Under the pieces are notes generated by a model that saw only the letters and a program-made list of their open reading frames with translations, was not told where the DNA came from and did no database searches. Position numbers and translations under genes: made by a program. A stretch of DNA of 64,000 nucleotides, taken from contig CBDCTZ010000013.1 of assembly GCA_965222375.1 (NCBI GenBank), forward strand, positions 320,001-384,000, written 5' to 3'. Below, one piece after another: positions 56,189 to 64,000 of this stretch. The DNA is from Polyangiaceae bacterium. GTDB taxonomy: Bacteria; Myxococcota_A; Polyangia; Polyangiales; Polyangiaceae. Every line of letters starts with the position of its first letter. The stretch's first letter is position 1.

Positions 56189-57495
56189 GCGACCGCTTCC
56201 CTTCGGACCCTCCCCCGCTGCGTGTGATTCGTAGCTACCCGCCGTCCCGACCACCGGGTGCCAAGGAGGAGTACAAGGGCCCGCTCCTCGGCAAGAAGCT
56301 GCTCCTAGTCGTCACAGGAAGCATCGCCGCCTACAAGGCCCCTATGCTGCTCCGTCTGCTCCGCAAGGCCGGGGCGGAGGTGCAAGTCGTGCTGACGCGC
56401 TCCGCCACCCATTTCGTGGGGCCCGCCACCTTCGGCGGCCTGTCCGACCAACCGTGCCACACAGACATGTGGGCACCGTCCGCAGCCGGTGAGTACCACG
56501 TGCAGTTGGCCCAGCAGGCGGATCTCATCCTGGTCGCGCCGGCCACTGCCGATTTCATCGCGCGCCTCGCCTCCGGACGCGCCGACGATCTTGCAACTGC
56601 GACCCTTCTGTCTGCAGCCTGCCCGGTGCTGCTAGCCCCCGCCATGCACCCGAATATGTGGGGACACCCTGCGACCCAGCGCAACGTCGCTACCCTAGAG
56701 GCCCATGGCAGAGTGGAGCGTATCGGCCCCACTCACGGCGAGGTGGCGTCCGGTGAAAGCGGTGTCGGGCGCATGGCAGAACCCGAAGAGATCGCGAGCC
56801 GCACGATCACACGCCTGTCACCGCGGGATCTGCAAGGGCGTCACTTCGTCGTCACCGCGGGCCCGACGTTGGAAGACTTGGACCCGGTACGGTTCATCGG
56901 CAATCGCTCCAGCGGCAAGATGGGTTATGCCATCGCCGAACGCGCCGCAGCGCGAGGGGCGCGCACCACGCTCATCTCCGGGCCCACCAGCCTTGCCACG
57001 CCTCAGGGACTGCAGTGCGTCGACGTGCGCAGCGCCGTCGCCATGCGGAGCGCGGTGTGGCAAGCCTTGGGACCGGATTTGGCTCTCGCTGACGCGTTGA
57101 TCATGGCCGCAGCCGTGGGGGACTATCGCCCGACCGAGACCCGAGCGACGAAGATCAAACGAGACGCCGAGGCGGCTACCGTCGAGCTCACGAAGAACCC
57201 CGACATCCTGGCCGAAGTTGGCAAGGCACGCAGCTCAAAGCGGCCGATCCTCGTGGGCTTTGCCGTCGAGACCGACAACGACGCCAAGGTGGCGGAGTAT
57301 GCGCGCAAGAAGCTGAAGCAGAAGCTTTGCGACGTCGTGGTCGCCAATCACGCCGATGACGCCTTCGGTAAGGACGATAACCGCATCACCTTCGTGACTG
57401 AGAGCAACACAGATCCTCTGCCACGATTGTCCAAGTACCAACTTGCAGACCACATTCTGGACTGGGTTGCGAAGCGCATTGGTGCGCCCGCATGA
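56185..57495 (+). CDS. coaBC: Bifunctional phosphopantothenoylcysteine decarboxylase/synthetase
   Basis: TGSIAAYKA, APATAD, PAMHPNM, TAGPT...DPVRFIGNRSSGKMG, AAAVGDY, GFAVET. Confidence 0.97.
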   Translation: MSDRFPSDPPPLRVIRSYPPSRPPGAKEEYKGPLLGKKLLLVVTGSIAAYKAPMLLRLLRKAGAEVQVVLTRSATHFVGPATFGGLSDQPCHTDMWAPSAAGEYHVQLAQQADLILVAPATADFIARLASGRADDLATATLLSAACPVLLAPAMHPNMWGHPATQRNVATLEAHGRVERIGPTHGEVASGESGVGRMAEPEEIASRTITRLSPRDLQGRHFVVTAGPTLEDLDPVRFIGNRSSGKMGYAIAERAAARGARTTLISGPTSLATPQGLQCVDVRSAVAMRSAVWQALGPDLALADALIMAAAVGDYRPTETRATKIKRDAEAATVELTKNPDILAEVGKARSSKRPILVGFAVETDNDAKVAEYARKKLKQKLCDVVVANHADDAFGKDDNRITFVTESNTDPLPRLSKYQLADHILDWVAKRIGAPA

Positions 57496-58160
57496 AGCGA
57501 GTGTTGCTCGTCTTTGCGGTGATCACCGCGGCGAATGCCGTGGCGTTTCGTCCAGAGGCAGCAGCATCGGCCAAATTTTGGCTGGCCCTCGGTGCCCCTT
57601 ATGCATTGCTTGCTGCCCTCGCCGTGTATCGGCTTTGGGACACGGACACCCTCCGCGATGTGCTGCGCCCTAGATGGGGAGATCTGTCCATTGGCGCCTT
57701 GACCGCGGCCGCACTGCTCTTGGCATCCTGGGTCGGTCGCAGTGTGCTGTCACCACCTGGCACGGATCGCGGTGCTTGGCTGTATCGGATCTACCTGCAG
57801 ATCGGCAGCAGCGAGGCGTTGCAGCGCTCCATCTTGCTGACATCGCTACTGCTTGTGATACCCGTCCTCGAGGAATTGGTCTGGCGCTCTTACGTGCTCG
57901 ACCAGCTTTTGGAGCGCTTCGGCAAACGCCGCGGCTGGCCGTTGGCTGCGTTGCTGTACTCCTTGTCGCTGACCCCAACCGTCTTCGCTCTCGCGGATCC
58001 CCAAGCGGGCCCGAACCCACTGCTCGTGCTCGCGGCTCTTGGCTGCGGCCTGGTCTGGAGCTTCATGACCATGGTCAGCGGCCGCTTGCCACCCGTGATC
58101 ATATCCCACATGGCGTTCACCTACTTTTCGACTGCGCAGTTCCGCTTCCCAGGCGCGTGA
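57492..58160 (+). CDS. CPBP (Abi/CAAX) family intramembrane endopeptidase-like protein
   Basis: EELVWR and IISH motifs, multi-TM. Confidence 0.85.
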   Translation: MKRVLLVFAVITAANAVAFRPEAAASAKFWLALGAPYALLAALAVYRLWDTDTLRDVLRPRWGDLSIGALTAAALLLASWVGRSVLSPPGTDRGAWLYRIYLQIGSSEALQRSILLTSLLLVIPVLEELVWRSYVLDQLLERFGKRRGWPLAALLYSLSLTPTVFALADPQAGPNPLLVLAALGCGLVWSFMTMVSGRLPPVIISHMAFTYFSTAQFRFPGA

Positions 58161-58314
58161 GGCGCGTTCGGGCAGTGCGCCGGGCTCACTCCGTCACGCT
58201 TTCTGCCCATTCGATCGGCTGCGCGTCCGTGAGGTGCATCGGACGATGCGGGTGCTGCAGACACACCATCTGCGCAAGCGATTGAACCTGGAACAAGGTG
58301 TTCGTAGTACTCCA

Positions 58315-59154
58315 CTAGGCAACAAGGCGCGCAACGTCTTCACTCTCGCGGTCAGCTTCTTCGAGCATGTAAACCACGTCGTCGGTTTTCACCCCGTAGC
58401 GTGCGTGCGCGAGTTCGACGATGCGTTCGGTGCAGGCCGGGTCGTCGTGATCTTTGATTATGCTAGCAAGCGTCACGGCGGGCAACTCCGACGCGTCGCA
58501 ATGGTGGTGTGCGATGGCCTTGGCGAGGGTTTCGGGGAAGCTCCAAGTCGCGCACGCCCAAGCCGCGACGGTGCCGTGGCAGAAGCCGAACGCCTGGGAC
58601 TCGAGATGGGACAGGTCCCCGCCACCCGTACGCCACTCGTGACGCACCTGTCGGTACTCTTCACCGCGCGCATGACTCAAGAGGGGGATGGCCATGTCCG
58701 AAAGGAGCGCGGCGGTGAGGCTTTCAGACACCGTCACCGGGTGCAGTGCCCGAGCAAAAACGCGCGCAGCGCTGGCGCGTCGAATCGCTGCCCGCCAGAA
58801 CTCGATGGAGTTGAAGCCCGGCACGGGACTCGAGGGCAGCGCACTCTTCACGGCTGCCGCAAGCACGATCTGCTCGATCCTCGAGCGACCCAAGAGCGTC
58901 ACGGCTTGAGAGACATTCTTCGCAGGGTGGCGCATGGCATAGGCGGCAGAAGACGTGATGTGCAGCACCTGCACGCTCAGCTGGGGGTCGGCGGAGATGG
59001 CGTTGGCCACTTCGCCCAGAGCCACGTCGGGTTTGCGCAGCTGGTCGAGAGCGGTGAGTGCGGCGGTCTTGAAAGTGGGTAGCTCGTACTTGCCTAGCGC
59101 CTCGCGCAGAGCCTTTTCCGGATCCTCTTTGCGCTTCAGCCAACTGAACATCAC
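58315..59154 (-). CDS. HDOD domain protein
   Basis: LPTF, ISADPQLS, QAVTLLG, ALLSDMA, GFCHGTV, WSFPETL...IAHHH. Confidence 0.9.
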   Translation of the reverse strand: MMFSWLKRKEDPEKALREALGKYELPTFKTAALTALDQLRKPDVALGEVANAISADPQLSVQVLHITSSAAYAMRHPAKNVSQAVTLLGRSRIEQIVLAAAVKSALPSSPVPGFNSIEFWRAAIRRASAARVFARALHPVTVSESLTAALLSDMAIPLLSHARGEEYRQVRHEWRTGGGDLSHLESQAFGFCHGTVAAWACATWSFPETLAKAIAHHHCDASELPAVTLASIIKDHDDPACTERIVELAHARYGVKTDDVVYMLEEADRESEDVARLVA

Positions 59155-60179
59155 TCACCTCTCCGTGCCATCTTGTTGGCGAAGATGCTCAGCAGGCCAC
59201 CGAGCATGACGTACCCAAGTACGACTTGCACCATGACAACGGCCTGACTCAGAGCGGTTGTCGGCAGCACGTCGCCATAGCCGAGGGTCGTCAAGGTCAC
59301 GACGCTGAAGTAGAAGGGAGACAGCCATGTGGGGTTGTCGCCGAAATTGATGGGCAACACCGAGTACGCGACGCCGAAGACAAGTGCCAGGCCGAGGGTC
59401 CACAACGTCCAACGCAACAAGCTGCGTCCGCAATCGCTGCTCACGGACCAAACCTTGTAGAGCCAAGGAAAGCGCGCTTCGAATTCGTCAAGGTAGTTCT
59501 GGTCGATGATGTGCCGGCGAAGCAGGTACGCCCCCGAGAAGTCCACTTGGTGTATTTCTGCGCGCAAGAAGCTCGCGTGTTCAAATCCTTCCAAGCGGCG
59601 AAGCCTTGTCCCAGACAAGATGGCGTCGTCGAGACGAGCCCCGCTAACGTGAGCGCCATCGAGATCCGCACCGCCCAGATCCGCCCCGTCGAGAGACGCT
59701 CCCTTCAGATCCGCCTCGCACAGTCGCGCTCCGCACAGCTTTGCGTGGCGCAAGTCCGCGTCCGTGAGCGCCGCGTTGGATAGTGTCGCTTCGCTCAACT
59801 CCGCCTCGAACAGAGTGGCGCGCTCGAGTCGCGCGTGCCCCAGCCCCGCGCGATGCGCTTTCGCTCGAGACAGATCCGCATCTGCCAAGTCCACACTCAG
59901 CAGCTCGGCGCCGGAGAGGTCCGCCTCGACCAGAATCGCGCCCCTGAGAACGCTGCCCCGCAAGTCGGCGCCAGATAAGTTCGACAGGCTCAAATCTGCC
60001 CCGGACAAATCTAGCCCGGACAGGTCCCGATTCGACAGATCCAGACCCACCAACCGCGCGTCCGGCTCGAGTGCCGGCTCCAGCTTCGACACCGCACGCC
60101 GCGCTGCGCCGGGCGCATCGTCGTCAGAGGAATGCTTAGCCGCATGTAGGTTGATGAGCGTTGCCATCTTCTCGTCCAA
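59151..60179 (-). CDS. Pentapeptide-repeat protein fused to a 2-TM potassium-channel pore domain
   Basis: Many A(D/N)LxG-type pentapeptides; YFSVVTLTTLGYGDVLP filter motif. Confidence 0.9.
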   Translation of the reverse strand: MDEKMATLINLHAAKHSSDDDAPGAARRAVSKLEPALEPDARLVGLDLSNRDLSGLDLSGADLSLSNLSGADLRGSVLRGAILVEADLSGAELLSVDLADADLSRAKAHRAGLGHARLERATLFEAELSEATLSNAALTDADLRHAKLCGARLCEADLKGASLDGADLGGADLDGAHVSGARLDDAILSGTRLRRLEGFEHASFLRAEIHQVDFSGAYLLRRHIIDQNYLDEFEARFPWLYKVWSVSSDCGRSLLRWTLWTLGLALVFGVAYSVLPINFGDNPTWLSPFYFSVVTLTTLGYGDVLPTTALSQAVVMVQVVLGYVMLGGLLSIFANKMARRGE

Positions 60180-60257
60180 CCCCAGGAACGGCAGGCCACG
60201 GCTAGACCTTGAATTGATTGAGATTTTGGGCCGATTCCGGCCTCCGCCCAGCGTGCG

Positions 60258-61607
60258 CTACTTGTCGATCAGGACGAAACCTTCGCCCTGCATGTCCAGC
60301 CTCACGGCCACTCCGCCGAGCTTCGCGTTGCCTCGGGCGCGCCCAGCCACGTAGACGCAATCCCCCACGTCGAAACTGATCACCCGAACGGGACCGAAGG
60401 TCTTGCTGACGGTCTGGCCACCCGCGTCGTCGAGGGCGAGCAGCTCGGCTGTGCCGTAGGGTTCCGCACCCGTGTTCAGCGCGAACGTCCGGCCCTGCTC
60501 ATCCCGGCGCACGTCGGCGACGGGCCTCGAGGTGCGCATCGACCAGCGATGGCTGTGCGCGGAGTCGAAGGAAGCGAGGAATCCAGCCCGCCCCTGCGTC
60601 GTGAGCAAGCCACCCCCGAAGTCCACGGGCGCGTCCATGTATCCGCCCAAGGTCACCGAGTCGGGGCCAAGCGCCAGCCCACGCCCCTGGTACTGACCGC
60701 CCGTGGCGGGGTAGCTGACCACGCTCGTGGTCGAACCGTCCACGGCGTTGAGCACGACGTGAAATACGTCAAAGTCAGGGGTCACGATGGGTTTGCCGGG
60801 TTCAAACTCGACGGCCCCGCTTTGGCTTCCGGCAAACACCAGCCGTCCCGCCGGATCGATCGCGAATCCCGTTGGGCTCGAAAAACCACTCACTCCGCGT
60901 ATCTCACGCCGCCACACTTCATTGCCCCCTTCGTCGAGACGCGCAAAGAAGCGAAAGCTCTGGGCGGGCGTTGGGTTCGACAAGCCGGTGATGTAGGTCA
61001 CGTCATCGCCCAAGGTCGCCAGCGCGTCGGCGCGAGTCCTGAGCAAGCTCTGCTGCCACTTCACACTGCCGGTGGGATCAAACGCAACCACGGTTGTCGT
61101 AGCCGCACTGGAGATCTTGCTCGTGAGTGCAGCCACGAAACCGCCGGACTCATAGGCAGCCAATGCAGAAGGCTCGTCGCGAACTTGAGTGGGATCGGCC
61201 TTGGTTTGGTCCTGGGAGCCGAAGAACCAGCCCTGAATCACCTCGCCTGCGCTGTCGTACTGGACCAACGCGGTGTCCGTGTTGCCGATGTTCGACACCT
61301 CTTTGCCGTCGACGACGATGGTCCCGCTAAAGGAGCTGGCGACCATGAACGCGCCGGTCGAATCGGCTCGAATCACGCTCGGGGCGACTCCTTTGCCCAA
61401 GCGCAGCAGGTGTGGCGGCCCGTCGCCACACACGGGTGCGGCAGCGGTCCCGGCCGCACCTGGGATCGAAAGCTCCGAGCGACTGCCACATGCCGTCAAC
61501 AGCAACGCCACCGCGCCAAGGGCGGCCCGACGCGAGAGTAGCGGCCCTTCCTGAACAGGGCCCCGACCCCAAACCCAACGGCGACTCGAAAGGGTCGAAT
61601 CGGACAT
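60258..61607 (-). CDS. Lipoprotein with beta-propeller-like repeats
   Basis: LLTACGSRSEL lipobox; repeated xDxxGxxxW motifs; start uncertain. Confidence 0.75.
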   Translation of the reverse strand: MSDSTLSSRRWVWGRGPVQEGPLLSRRAALGAVALLLTACGSRSELSIPGAAGTAAAPVCGDGPPHLLRLGKGVAPSVIRADSTGAFMVASSFSGTIVVDGKEVSNIGNTDTALVQYDSAGEVIQGWFFGSQDQTKADPTQVRDEPSALAAYESGGFVAALTSKISSAATTTVVAFDPTGSVKWQQSLLRTRADALATLGDDVTYITGLSNPTPAQSFRFFARLDEGGNEVWRREIRGVSGFSSPTGFAIDPAGRLVFAGSQSGAVEFEPGKPIVTPDFDVFHVVLNAVDGSTTSVVSYPATGGQYQGRGLALGPDSVTLGGYMDAPVDFGGGLLTTQGRAGFLASFDSAHSHRWSMRTSRPVADVRRDEQGRTFALNTGAEPYGTAELLALDDAGGQTVSKTFGPVRVISFDVGDCVYVAGRARGNAKLGGVAVRLDMQGEGFVLIDK

Positions 61608-61623
61608 GCAGTGGAATCCTCAG

Positions 61624-62376
61624 CTACTCGCCAGTGATACGGGCTAGCTCTTCGTCGGAGACGTCGAAGTCGGCGTAGACGTTTTGCACGTCGTCTTGAT
61701 CGTCCAGCGCGTCGACCAAGTTGAGGCAGTTCTCTGCATCGTTGCCGGAGACGTTCTTCTTGGTCTTCGGCACGTAGGCGAGCTTGCTCTCTTGCAGCTG
61801 GAGGCCGGCCTTCTCGAGAGCGGCACTGACGTCGTAGAGGCGCTCGGGTGGCGTGTACACAATCCAGATCTCGCCCTCGTCCCGATAGTCGTCAGCGTCG
61901 GCTTCCAGGGCGGCCTCCATCAGGGCGTCTTCGCTGACCTTGGACTTGTCCAACATGATCAGGCCGAAGCGATCGAAGGCCCAGCCCGCTGTCCCACTGG
62001 TGCCCAGGGTACTGTTGCGCCGCTCGAAGATTTTCCGCAGCTCGGCGACGGTGCGATTGCGGTTATCGGTCATGCCCTCGACCAAGAAGAGCGTGCCCCC
62101 AGGGCCCGTGCCTTCGTACAAAACCTCGGTGTATTCAGCGCCTTCTAGATCCCCCGTACCGCGGTCGATGGCACGCTTGATGGTGTCCGCGGGCATCTGC
62201 TGGCCCTTGGCGTCGCCAACGGCTTTGCGCAGGCGCGGGTTGCCGTCGATGTCACCGCCGCCCATGCGCGCGGCCGTGGTGATTTCGCGGATCAGCTTGG
62301 TGAAGAGCTTCCCGCGGGCAGCGTCGATGGCGCCCTTCTTGCGTTTGATTGTTGCCCACTTGGAATGGCCACTCAT
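61624..62376 (-). CDS. yebC: YebC/PmpR family protein
   Basis: MSGHSKWATIKRKKG, NPRLR, TDNRNRT, DDVQNVY. Confidence 0.97.
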   Translation of the reverse strand: MSGHSKWATIKRKKGAIDAARGKLFTKLIREITTAARMGGGDIDGNPRLRKAVGDAKGQQMPADTIKRAIDRGTGDLEGAEYTEVLYEGTGPGGTLFLVEGMTDNRNRTVAELRKIFERRNSTLGTSGTAGWAFDRFGLIMLDKSKVSEDALMEAALEADADDYRDEGEIWIVYTPPERLYDVSAALEKAGLQLQESKLAYVPKTKKNVSGNDAENCLNLVDALDDQDDVQNVYADFDVSDEELARITGE

Positions 62377-62413
62377 GAGCGCTCTCCCTGACAGCCTGTA
62401 TTTTCGCGCAGGT

Positions 62414-63115
62414 TCATTGGGTGAGAAACCACTTTATCTTGCGACGAACTTCCAGGTGGAAGTGATCGTCGTGACGCCGGTCGTAATGGGGCGTCAAGAT
62501 CAAGTTGAAGGCTCTGCTTTCGTCGAGGGCACAGATGAACTTGCGCAGCACGCGCGCTTTTCCCTTCGGAGCAGGCGGGGCGTCGGGCCCGCAGGTCTTG
62601 CTACCGATGCCGGCACCCGCGAAGTCGCGTTTGACGCTGAAAACGCTGCCATCGGCCTTGACCAGCTCGACCACATCGATGGCGACGCCCGCAGCATGAC
62701 GCTGACCGGGGATCCGCGCCCAGCGGCCGCGATGAATGCTGTTGTAACGCACCCGCGTGAACCCGGCGTCGCGCACCACCACGGCCGCGTCGTCGAGGGA
62801 GAGCGCAAGGCGACAATCCATCACCGGGCCCTTGGGGTCCCGAGAAGTCGGGTGTGCGTTTTCGTAGTGCACGCCGCGCAGCGGTCCCGTCAGCCGAATC
62901 GGCGCGTCGATGGTGGGCACCGGCGGGCCCTTCTTGTGGGGCACCTTGCGGAGTTTGAGCTCTGCCATGCAGCTCACCCGACCCTGCGCGGCATGGCGGA
63001 ATGCACGCAGACGCTCGGGCCGGGGCGGGAACACCACCAAGGGGTTCTTCGCGTAGGAGTCGGCGGCCAACAACGCCACGGCCATCGCGATCCCAAATGC
63101 AGAATGCCGGGACAC
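62414..63115 (-). CDS. Extensin-like C-terminal domain protein (peptidase M15-like fold)
   Basis: MDCRLALSL, HAAGVAIDV, LTPHYDRRHDDHFHLE; start uncertain (63115 chosen; frame is open to 63205). Confidence 0.8.
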   Translation of the reverse strand: MSRHSAFGIAMAVALLAADSYAKNPLVVFPPRPERLRAFRHAAQGRVSCMAELKLRKVPHKKGPPVPTIDAPIRLTGPLRGVHYENAHPTSRDPKGPVMDCRLALSLDDAAVVVRDAGFTRVRYNSIHRGRWARIPGQRHAAGVAIDVVELVKADGSVFSVKRDFAGAGIGSKTCGPDAPPAPKGKARVLRKFICALDESRAFNLILTPHYDRRHDDHFHLEVRRKIKWFLTQ

Positions 63116-63203
63116 GGCGCCGGAGAGTGCCCTCTGCCCAAGCCCCTGAAAACCCGGGATTTGCGCGAGGCCCTCCGGTCTGTCAAAATTAGTGTGAAGT
63201 TTC

Positions 63204-64000
63204 ATGCGTTTAGCCCCAAGTCTCGTCGCCGCTGCGCTGGCCCTTGCCTGCGCCTCCGACCGACCGGCGCCCCAGCTGAAACAGCGGATAAAGGCGGCGG
63301 CAGGCGCTGTGAGCCGGGCAGGCGCTCACGCCGTCGTCGCCGCCCCGAAGACGCCTCCGGAAACGAGCTGCGCCGAGCGCATTGCTGCCGTGCAGAAAGC
63401 CCCAGGGCTGCCCGGGACGCCCAGCCTCGACCACCAGCGGGCCCAGATCGTCGCGCGCTCCAAGGGCGAACCCGTCGTGTTCGTTCAGGCGCCGGCCTGG
63501 CCCAAGCCGACGCGACCGGAAATCGACGGCTACCGCAAGACCCTGGAAGGCAGTCGTTTTCCTTGGGACACCGTCGACTACTACATCAAGCAACTTGGAC
63601 ATTCCCCGCGCATCGCACGGCAGGTCTTCTTGCGAGATGGTTATCTGTACGCAGAAAGCGCCGACCTGAGCTGGTCTCTGTGGCAGAAGGTCGAGCTGTC
63701 CCACGTCTTCGACGAGGAGAAACTGATCATCGAGCGCGGCTCGGCAGAGCTCAGCGCCGTCAAACGAGGCAGCGAGTACGTGTACGCTGACGGCATCGAT
63801 CGCGGCAAGAAAGCCCGCCTGCTGCTCTTCGATCGCGTACGTGTCGCGGGACAGCCACGTGGGCCCATCCTACATCGCGATGTGCGCTCTGCCGCCCACG
63901 AACTACTCTTTGATCGCATGTCGGTGCTGCACCGCACCCAAGACCACCTGCTCACGAAAGTGCACTATGGTGACGTTCCGGTCACGATCTTGTTCAAGAG
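63204..64000 (+). CDS. Hypothetical lipoprotein, runs off the window
   Basis: Not in the ORF track; MRLAPSLVAAALALAC...ARSKGEPVVF...LRDGYLYAE...LLLFDRV, open to the window end. Confidence 0.8.
   Translation, partial: MRLAPSLVAAALALACASDRPAPQLKQRIKAAAGAVSRAGAHAVVAAPKTPPETSCAERIAAVQKAPGLPGTPSLDHQRAQIVARSKGEPVVFVQAPAWPKPTRPEIDGYRKTLEGSRFPWDTVDYYIKQLGHSPRIARQVFLRDGYLYAESADLSWSLWQKVELSHVFDEEKLIIERGSAELSAVKRGSEYVYADGIDRGKKARLLLFDRVRVAGQPRGPILHRDVRSAAHELLFDRMSVLHRTQDHLLTKVHYGDVPVTILFK

Noticed and set aside
63260..63285. Suspected frameshift after the signal peptide of the last gene
   Set aside because: Recounting shows GCG CCC CAG CTG is in frame; the gene is intact
61940..63790. 616 aa plus-strand ORF
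   Set aside because: Antisense to yebC and the extensin-like gene, and out of frame with the real gene at 63204

Overview
High-GC window whose gene content (Ser/Thr kinases, Cys-rich and Gly/Ser-linker lipoproteins, PEGA-type tails) resembles a Myxococcota (Polyangiaceae-like) chromosome; the taxon is inferred. It has about 55 supportable CDS and one tRNA-Leu(TAA). Housekeeping genes include thiD, rsgA, an RND efflux pair, a cysteine synthase family gene, feoAB with a Fur-type box, mpg, coaBC and yebC. The best candidate for a new system is a ~2.4 kb transposase-free element (3176-5582). It carries an HNH endonuclease gene with a RuvA-C-terminal-like tail, between two diverged ~290 bp inverted repeats that share hairpins, with three further short-repeat families upstream of, inside and downstream of the gene. 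Other highlights: (1) a 12-gene operon for an unusual nucleotide sugar, apparently coupled to a GT2/flippase/GT-C surface glycosylation system (21707-35519); (2) an in-frame TGA at a Cys position followed by a SECIS-like hairpin (44770-44809); (3) a duplicated tRNA 3' end resembling a collapsed att-site element; (4) a DNRLRE-domain pseudogene missing from the ORF track. Two single-base frameshifts look like sequencing errors. All family assignments come from reading motifs by eye; no searches were run.
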